Positions 30,601 to 35,457 of a stretch of DNA of 35,457 nucleotides are shown here, piece by piece. The stretch is from Deltaproteobacteria bacterium (GTDB lineage: Bacteria > Myxococcota_A > Bradymonadia > REDH01), in assembly GCA_007693585.1 (NCBI GenBank), contig REDH01000108.1, positions 1 through 35,457 on the forward strand, given 5' to 3'. The first letter of the stretch is position 1. Each line of letters begins with the position of its first letter. Below the pieces are notes generated by a model. That model was not told the DNA's origin. It searched no databases and saw only the letters and a program-made list of their open reading frames with translations. The translations under genes were made by a program, and so were the position numbers.

Positions 30601-31065
30601 CTCTGCACCGGCGATGCCACCTGCATCGAGGACGTCTGCGTCCTCCCCGACGGCGCCGGACTCTGCGACCCCGACAACATCATCGACTTCAACGACACCG
30701 CCACCCCCGACGAGGACACCGGCACCCTCGGCGTCCTCATCGCCCCCGACGCCTACTTCCCCAGCACCCCCTTCTCCTGCGCCGCCCCCGTCAACACCGC
30801 GCGCGCCATCCGCTTCGTGCCCGACACCACCACGACCTGGACCATCACCGCCAGCGCCGTCGACGGTACCGCCGACCCCGTCCTCTCCGCCGCCGCACTG
30901 ACCTGCGACGCCGAACCCTTCGTCTGCAACGACGACATCGACTTCCCCGACATCCTCGACAGCGAGCTCCGCATCGAGAGCACCGCCGACGAACCCATCT
31001 GGCTCTTCGTCGGCAACTGGGAAACCACCGGCACCATCCGGCTCTCCATCCAGGCCGACGACTGA
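24652..31065 (+). CDS. giant Cys-rich surface lipoprotein (2137 aa) with myxobacterial CGNG/CGDG repeats, PPC-like domains and a large internal duplication
   Basis: Lipobox AFAC; CGNG..GE.CDG.DLGG.TC..LGFDGGTL.C repeats; CGDG..GEQCDDG repeats; a large block present twice (from 25396 and from 28309), each copy ending in DPVL...C.AEPF.C.DD..FPD.LDS.L. Confidence 0.9.
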   Translation: MKSLTVPTALSRAVFVALTCAALAFACGGSDSDPATSASSETDPSGTSGGVDPTGTEDLCGNGVLDPGESCDGADLGGVTCGSLGFDGGTLACTAECAFDTSGCVRETTGPSCGNGVIEGDEACDGADLGGETCEGLGFDGGTLSCASDCTFDTAGCDAAPSCGNGVIEGDEECDGAELGGETCEGLGFDGGTLSCASDCTFDTDACTREPFCGDGVVNEDLGEECDDGEANSDRLPNACRTDCTLPRCGDGVIDDGEQCDDGDANGPDAPCSEACTINPQAACAGNGAVTDLLEVAAEQEDGSLLVVGELASIVGDSFATAACGPAAATRRQLFFVTAPEAGLWEFSLVDERTTAAAALIAIEGCDADALRLACTDADTTGRLLIEAGEGQAFFLALEAEGTARAFGLQARLLEGLAGEGEACGASVACEDGLLCAGADGEERCIDPDSATLESVEVLLPTPDLFVIEMRGQDPGRLLDLVHIEQLLLAGDLGQAGDLTFPPDVLLRDGDGYLMRLFLPVDVFDEPEDGFVIGIEGFESITVAAESGRTGQRTASRTAPFPSEDDLLVPEEAESGGPCDLEGYLFVCPEGEACGEVDGAFLCGEPAAPVLDRVTAVRTALNAVRITIDGRDENADVVELSLSLYRPGEEEPAFTYAPLALGDALRGQRSFTWSITADEARFNGLLNATDPAFGFDRIAVMLTDATGLTSETVFVDYPAVEVLEPGASCDLQRVRNVCPEPQVCGRISATEARCGAPVAPEVRGVTYTIDDDGITRVSVEGFHANANVTGFDLFFRVADPASPEEEFIGLAERPATDMTPNPAGRTSFVAALPALNLGDFELTSILVRLRSGALQSPFFEVPFSPVPAGGECDPALEFNPCAAGSTCAAGTCEPAAPPVLVAAALERPAADRIRFRVEGEDPNGDVAFLELAIQRANGTTFGQFSETFDDPGVDGLTAFEGTVTIEGFQNEPTTTAFVVRLRDRAGLHSEHAVVNLPPIIPVGGTCEDGTGVTDVCALGALCEEGVCVPDVTQDACAGDNLIDFATAASGGNGETPSVVVPAEGRLNLDPFPCAAPVSRGRVVRFVAPVTGDLQADATRISGNADPVLAVSRDACDAEPFACHDDVAFPDNLDSRLVFPVNAGDVLYFRVGDWESGGDIRLAIAVEEDTCGNGIIDDGEDCDGDDLGDATCATVGFDEGTLACTATCTFDTSGCTRDGFCGDGVVDPGEQCDDGEANGPDAPCSETCTLDPVADCAGQGDVLDFVAVAELQEDGSLLHTGTLAPLAGEAFSTAACGGESTSLRALYFIEAPVDGTWEFSLVDERTSASAALIALDRCHADARQIACDDGGNASRVLIDALEGDALYLALESDDIGQAYALRGRLIDGTAAGLGEACDEDTPCDTGLACSPRPESSVCASSAGISLESLTIRAPDSETFLIDARGTDPAHLVDQLFVSQLAVAIGTASNFVLEPDAIHRDGDQFTLRVVLPVSIFDTDAISLGIDDFNTLTAAVEATALGWRSPSRTAAFPAASAVADPQPVEEGEGCDLDRLLFLCPDGQACDGEEAPFACADAQAPTLLDATATRLSGTSIRFDLRGTDPNGDITTIVLAAYRPGSTEPDLTLDPIDVENAMRGQREIHYTFRGDGGFFSAQLNATAPEFGFDRIGLLLVDATGLASDVVVIPYPSADPRATGEPCDLTGASTWCEAPGTACTALPSGDATCAAFPAPEVRALRATLTEGVASIRIEGAHAAASVEGVEVIFRLANPPNPETPFIGLDEFPATELAPAPAGRTHFTSDLPPINLGGNEVVTAAVRLRAGNLRSLYLEVPFNPLAAGATCDASLGYNPCDNGLTCTAGTCSAANAPTLTTATITRPRADAFDIAVAGLDPDGDIDGLEYILRREVGTVFGSFFEPFDPPVDGQQEIDATVRIEAAFLASEPASTTLEVRLRDRSGRVSNAIVLAPPPVIPVGGTCVEGTGLVDLCTGDATCIEDVCVLPDGAGLCDPDNIIDFNDTATPDEDTGTLGVLIAPDAYFPSTPFSCAAPVNTARAIRFVPDTTTTWTITASAVDGTADPVLSAAALTCDAEPFVCNDDIDFPDILDSELRIESTADEPIWLFVGNWETTGTIRLSIQADD

Positions 31066-31115
31066 TCGCACCTCCGCAGGCCCCGCCGACCTCCCCAGCG
31101 CCCCACAGGATGCCG

Positions 31116-32759
31116 ATGCGACGCCTCGCGCTCCCGCTCCTCCTCGCCACCACCCTCGCCACCGCCTGCGGCAAGACCCCCGCCGAGCGCTACGCCGACC
31201 GCGCCGTCACCCCCTTCCCCGCACCCAGCGTCGAGGACGATGACGGCACCATCCGCTTCGCCCCCCCCGGCAGCCGCAGCGGACCCACCGGCTCCACCAG
31301 CTTCACCTTCGGCGTCGCCACCGCGCCCACCCAGATCGAGGACCGGAACTTCACCGTCGACTGGTACGTCTGGTCCGACCGCGAAGACGGACTCGGCCAG
31401 AGCGAAGCCCCCCTCGGCGAAGCCTCCCGAGGATTCACCCGCGCCCTCGACGACGTCGAGCTCCTCCGCGAACTCAACGTCGACCTCTACCGCTTCGGCA
31501 TCGAGTGGGCCCGCGTCGAACCCGTCCGCGGCCAGTACGACGAGGAAGCCCTCGCCCACTACGACCGCTTCATCGACGCCCTCGTCGAGGCCGGCATCCG
31601 GCCCATGATCACCCTCCACCACTTCTCCAATCCCGTCTGGGTCGACGACCCCCGCGACCCGTCCTGCGCCGACGGACCCTCCGACACCAACCTCTGCGGC
31701 TGGGACCACCCCGAAGGCGCCGAGATGATCCTCGACGACATCGAACGCTTCGCCCGCATGCTCGGCGAACGCTACGGCGACCGCGTCGACGAGTGGTGCA
31801 CCGTCAACGAACCGATCAACTACCTCCTCGCCGCCTACGGCGCCGGATACTTCCCCCCCGGCAAGACCGTCCTCCTGAGCAACCTCGACCGCTTCATCGA
31901 CGTCGTCCGAAACTACCTGCGCGCCCACGTGCGCATGTACGACGCCATCCACGAGGCCGACACCACCGACGCCACCGGCGACGGCATCGCCGCCAGCGTC
32001 GGCTACACCCTCTCCGTCGCCGAGTGGGTCCCCGCCCGCCGCAACCGCCCCAGCGACCACCCCGACGACCTCGCCGCCGTCGAGCGCATCAACCACATCT
32101 ACCACCACTTCTTCACCGACGCCCTCGTCCGCGGCGCCTTCGACCCCGACCTCGACGCCTCCTTTTCCGAACCCCAGCCCGACTGGGAAGGAAAGGTCGA
32201 CTGGCTCGGCGTCCAGTACTACTTCCGCGGCGGCGCCACCGGCGAGATCCGCCTCATCCCCGGCGTGCGCGCCACCGTCTGCTACGCCGGCTTCGACGCC
32301 GGCTCCTGCCTCGCCCCCGAGGACCCCACCCACTTCGTGCCCGAGATGGGGTACGAATACTGGGCCCCCGGCCTCTACAACCGACTCGTGGAGTTCTCCG
32401 AGCGCTGGCCCGACCTCCCCCTCACCGTCACCGAGAGCGGCCTCGCCACGAACGTCGGCGCCCGCCGCGCCGAGCACGTCGTGCGCTCCCTCGAACAGAT
32501 CCACCGCGCCATCGCCGACGGGGCCGACGTCCGCGGATACTTCCACTGGACCCTCATGGACAACTTCGAGTGGGCCGAGGGCTACGGCCCGCGGTTCGGC
32601 CTGTACTTCGTCGACTTCGGCGACACCTGGGACCGCACCCTCACCGAGGGCGGCGCCGTCTTCGCCGAGATCGCCGGCGCCCGAACCCTCACCCCCGACC
32701 AGCGCGCGCAGCTCGGCGGACTCGGCCCCATGACCCCCGAGGCGGAGCACGGGGAGTAA
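31116..32759 (+). CDS. glycoside hydrolase family 1 protein with a lipoprotein signal
   Basis: FGVATAPTQIE, YRFGIEWARVEP, ITLHHF, TVNEP (acid/base), VTESG (nucleophile), GYFHWTLMDNFEWAEGYGPRFGL; lipobox LATAC; alternative start 31110. Confidence 0.93.
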   Translation: MRRLALPLLLATTLATACGKTPAERYADRAVTPFPAPSVEDDDGTIRFAPPGSRSGPTGSTSFTFGVATAPTQIEDRNFTVDWYVWSDREDGLGQSEAPLGEASRGFTRALDDVELLRELNVDLYRFGIEWARVEPVRGQYDEEALAHYDRFIDALVEAGIRPMITLHHFSNPVWVDDPRDPSCADGPSDTNLCGWDHPEGAEMILDDIERFARMLGERYGDRVDEWCTVNEPINYLLAAYGAGYFPPGKTVLLSNLDRFIDVVRNYLRAHVRMYDAIHEADTTDATGDGIAASVGYTLSVAEWVPARRNRPSDHPDDLAAVERINHIYHHFFTDALVRGAFDPDLDASFSEPQPDWEGKVDWLGVQYYFRGGATGEIRLIPGVRATVCYAGFDAGSCLAPEDPTHFVPEMGYEYWAPGLYNRLVEFSERWPDLPLTVTESGLATNVGARRAEHVVRSLEQIHRAIADGADVRGYFHWTLMDNFEWAEGYGPRFGLYFVDFGDTWDRTLTEGGAVFAEIAGARTLTPDQRAQLGGLGPMTPEAEHGE

Positions 32760-32808
32760 GGGGGACGGACGGGCCGGAACGGGCGCGCAAGCCCCGACGA
32801 TGACGAGC

Positions 32809-32827
32809 GCGGCACGTTACGTGCCGC
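32809..32827. promoter_or_regulatory. perfect 9-bp-arm palindrome (operator-like) upstream of cas4-cas1
   Basis: GCGGCACGT-T-ACGTGCCGC. Confidence 0.4.
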
Positions 32828-32980
32828 TCTCTCCGAATTCCGGACCTTTTTCGGCGTCCGCGCTTGCCGTGCAGGGGAGCTCTGGCTCAGGTCGGGGGCA
32901 GAGCCTCCCGTTGCGCCCACTCTCCCGAGCGGGCCCCGCATGTCCCTGTGGAGGCTGAACCTTGCACTGGGAGGTTGGTG

Positions 32981-34684
32981 ATGGAGACGCACGACGAGGA
33001 GTCGGGACGGGGCGATCTGGTGGCGGTCCGGGACGTGAACGCCCATGTGTTCTGTCCGAGGCTGTTCTGGCTGAAGCACGTGGAGGGCATCTGGCTCGAC
33101 AACGAGCACACCATCGAGGGGCGTCACGTGCATCGGCGCGTGGATCGTCCGGGCGGGCGCATGCCGGCGCCCGGCGAGGGCGACGCCTCCGCTGGCGATG
33201 ATGCTGCCTGGGAGACGCGGTCGCTGTGGCTCTCCAGCACCGCGCTGGGGGTGACCGGACGCATCGATCTCGTGGACACCCGCGGGGATGGGCGGGTGAT
33301 GCCCGTGGACACCAAGAAGGGACGGTCCGATGACGGGGCGCTGTGGGCCCCCGATCGGGTGCAGCTCGTGCTGCAGGCCCTCCTGTTGCGGGAGGCGGGG
33401 TACCGGGTGGAGGAGGTGGCTGCCTGGTACCATGCGGAGCGTCGTCGTGTGGTGGTGGCGCTCGATGACGCGCTGGTCGCGGAGGCGGAGGCGGCGGTGG
33501 AGGCCGCGAGGGTCACGCGGGAAGGGGAGCGGGCGCCGGAGCCGCTGGTGGGCTCGCGGCGCTGCATGGGGTGCTCCCTGAACGCGGCGTGTCTTCCCGA
33601 CGAGGTGCGTCGGCTCGCGGTGGCGGAGGAGCTGCGGGAGCCGGACGCGGAGGTGCGGCGGGTCGTTCCGCCGCGGGCGGACCGGATCCCGCTGTACGTG
33701 CAGCAGCAGGGTGCCACGGTGCGCCTGTCGAAGGAGGAGGTCGTGGTCCAGCCGCGATCCGGCGAGGAGGGCGCGGAACGGCGGGTGGGCCTGGGTCATC
33801 TGGGTCAGATCAACGTGTACGGCCAGGTGCATGTCACGGGGCCGGTGTTGCGGGAGTGCATGGATCGGGGGGTGGATCTGAACTTCTTCAGTCAGGGCGG
33901 GTGGTACCGGGGCCGGGTGGTCTCGACGCGCAATCGTCAGGTGCATGTGCGTGCGGCGCAGTTCGGGGCCGTGGGGACGGCGTCGGCGCTCGTGGTGGCG
34001 CGGCGGCTGGTGGCGGACAAGGTTGCGAACGGGCGGACGCTGCTGCGGCGCAATCGCGGCGAGGCGCTGGACGAGGACGTGTTGCGGGATCTGCGGACGG
34101 ACGGGCGACTGGCGCTGGAGGCCGAGAGCGCGGGGAGCCTGCTGGGCCATGAGGGCACGGCGGCGCGTCGCTACTGGGGGGCGTACAGCGATCTGGTGGG
34201 ACGGGAGGGCGACGCGTTCCGGTTGCGGGGGCGGACCCGCCGGCCGCCGCGGGATCGAACGAACGCGATGCTGTCGTATGCCTACGGGATGCTGACGAAG
34301 GACTGTGTGCTGGCGGTGGAGGCGGTGGGTCTGGATGCGCACTGCGGGTTGTACCACACCGCGCATCATGGTCGGCCATCGATGGCGCTGGATCTGATGG
34401 AGCCGTTTCGTCCGCTGGTGGTGGACTCGGTGGTGCTGCAGCTGGTGCGGCGCCGCGAGCTGGGGGAGGGGGACTTCATCGTGGCGGGCCAGGAGGTGCG
34501 GTTGAAGCCGCGGTCCCGTCGGGTCCTGATCCGTGCGTACGAGCGGCGGATGGACGAGACGGTGACGCACCCGGAGTTCGGGTACGCGATCACGTATCGG
34601 CAGTTGTTGCAGGTGCATGCGCGCCTGGTGGTGCGCTACCTGCTGGGCGAGCTGGAGTCGCCCCCTTCCTTTCGGACGAGGTGA
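32981..34684 (+). CDS. cas1: CRISPR-associated Cas4-Cas1 fusion (type I-G/I-U style)
   Basis: Cas4 part: FCPRLFWL, GRIDLV, PVDTKKG, QLVLQ, CMGCSLNAACLP (4 Fe-S Cys). Cas1 part: LLGHEGTAARRYW, RRPPRDRTNAMLSYAY, GLYH, ALDLMEPFRP. GGAGG RBS before ATG 32981. Confidence 0.96.
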   Translation: METHDEESGRGDLVAVRDVNAHVFCPRLFWLKHVEGIWLDNEHTIEGRHVHRRVDRPGGRMPAPGEGDASAGDDAAWETRSLWLSSTALGVTGRIDLVDTRGDGRVMPVDTKKGRSDDGALWAPDRVQLVLQALLLREAGYRVEEVAAWYHAERRRVVVALDDALVAEAEAAVEAARVTREGERAPEPLVGSRRCMGCSLNAACLPDEVRRLAVAEELREPDAEVRRVVPPRADRIPLYVQQQGATVRLSKEEVVVQPRSGEEGAERRVGLGHLGQINVYGQVHVTGPVLRECMDRGVDLNFFSQGGWYRGRVVSTRNRQVHVRAAQFGAVGTASALVVARRLVADKVANGRTLLRRNRGEALDEDVLRDLRTDGRLALEAESAGSLLGHEGTAARRYWGAYSDLVGREGDAFRLRGRTRRPPRDRTNAMLSYAYGMLTKDCVLAVEAVGLDAHCGLYHTAHHGRPSMALDLMEPFRPLVVDSVVLQLVRRRELGEGDFIVAGQEVRLKPRSRRVLIRAYERRMDETVTHPEFGYAITYRQLLQVHARLVVRYLLGELESPPSFRTR

Positions 34685-34687
34685 GCC

Positions 34688-34981
34688 ATGGAGCGGAACG
34701 TGTATGTGGTGACGTACGACATTGCGGACGATCGGCGTCGGACGGCGGTGTACCAGTATCTGCGGGGCTGGGGGGACCACCTTCAGTACTCGGTGTTTCG
34801 GCTCGTGCTCCATCGTGCGGATCGGATGCGGGTGCGCACGACGCTCCACGATCTGATCGATCATGGGGTGGACCAGGTGCTGTTCCTGGATCTGGGTCCG
34901 TTCGAGGGTCGGGCGCGTGGATCGGTGGACGCGATTGGTGTAGCCTACACGCACCCGGAGCGTCATGCGGTGGTGGTGTAG
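34688..34981 (+). CDS. cas2: CRISPR-associated endonuclease Cas2
   Basis: YVVTYDIADDRR...GDHLQYSVF; 97 aa, 3 bp after cas4-cas1. Confidence 0.97.
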   Translation: MERNVYVVTYDIADDRRRTAVYQYLRGWGDHLQYSVFRLVLHRADRMRVRTTLHDLIDHGVDQVLFLDLGPFEGRARGSVDAIGVAYTHPERHAVVV

Positions 34982-35177
34982 CGCAGATGCGAGCGTGCCG
35001 GTGCCGCCCGGACCCGTGGTTGCGCTCGCACTGCTCGTAATCCTTGACAATCGAAGAGAATTCGGGTACGTTCCCCCCATGGTTTCGCTGCTTCACAGCC
35101 CTCGATTGGTCGTTTCGGCGCAGGCGCTCGCAAAGTGCTTGTCAGGACCCCGAGGTCCGGTCGAAAATGCGCGGGCT
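34982..35177 (+). promoter_or_regulatory. CRISPR leader
   Basis: 196-bp, relatively AT-enriched non-coding stretch between cas2 and repeat 1; contains TTGACA (35044-35049) and repeated TGCGAGCG/CGCTCGCA octamers. Confidence 0.8.
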
Positions 35178-35457
35178 CTTTCCCCCGCCTCACGGCGGGG
35201 GCCCCATTGAAGCAGGCCACACTCAACGAGATGGTGGCGATGGTCGAAGCTTTCCCCCGCCTCACGGCGGGGGCCCCATTGAAGCCCCGGCGTGACGTGG
35301 TATCCACCGGGGAGCGTGCCCCACTTTCCCCCGCCTCACGGCGGGGGCCCCATTGAAGCCCCCATCCCGTCCTCTCGCACAGCTCCTCGTAGCTGCTTTC
35401 CCCCGCCTCACGGCGGGGGCCCCATTGAAGCATCTTCGACTCGATCCTGTCGTCGCC
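35178..35457 (+). CRISPR. CRISPR array, type I-G-like 36-bp repeat; 4 repeats, 3 full spacers and 1 partial; runs off the window
   Basis: CTTTCCCCCGCCTCACGGCGGGGGCCCCATTGAAGC at 35178, 35250, 35324 and 35396; spacers 36, 38 and 36 bp; hairpin CCCCCGCC-TCAC-GGCGGGGG; 3' end ATTGAAGC. Confidence 0.98.

Noticed and set aside
23722..31071. 2449-aa minus-strand ORF
   Set aside because: Antisense shadow of the giant lipoprotein and gshB; V/G/E/D-rich with no motifs; stop-free antisense frames are expected at this GC content
28341..32759. 1472-aa ORF suggesting a long N-terminal extension of GH1
   Set aside because: The extension is poly-Arg/Pro off-frame translation of the giant gene; a signal peptide begins at 31110/31116
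32760..32980. tracrRNA or anti-repeat upstream of cas4-cas1
   Set aside because: No extended complementarity to the 36-bp repeat found by eye; the repeat has its own strong hairpin, as in Cas6-processed type I systems

Overview
Very GC-rich bacterial chromosomal DNA, probably Myxococcota or a related deltaproteobacterium (inferred from Cys-rich CGNG/CGDG repeat lipoproteins and a globin-coupled kinase). About 22 credible CDSs. Housekeeping/stress genes: Nif3-like protein, UPF0262, bolA, AidB-like acyl-CoA dehydrogenase, mdh, gshB, NUDIX hydrolase, sulfatase-like protein. Signalling: two membrane diguanylate cyclases (one with two GGDEF modules), a sigma54 activator and a globin-coupled histidine kinase. 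Surface proteins: several lipoproteins, including a 2137-aa internally duplicated Cys-rich protein and a lipid-anchored GH1. The right end holds a cas4-cas1 fusion, cas2, a leader and the start of a type I-G-like CRISPR array (36-bp repeats), with no interference genes in view. The best candidate new system is a compact module at 13.3-16.8 kb: a globin-coupled kinase, a sigma54 activator, a candidate palindromic enhancer and a consensus sigma54 promoter in front of a 79-aa gene resembling HypA without its zinc finger. Also notable: strand-specific G/C skew domains that flip inside genes, four motifs phased exactly 31 bp apart near the left end, and duplications spanning the stop codons of two convergent genes. 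All calls come from reading the sequence; no database searches were run.
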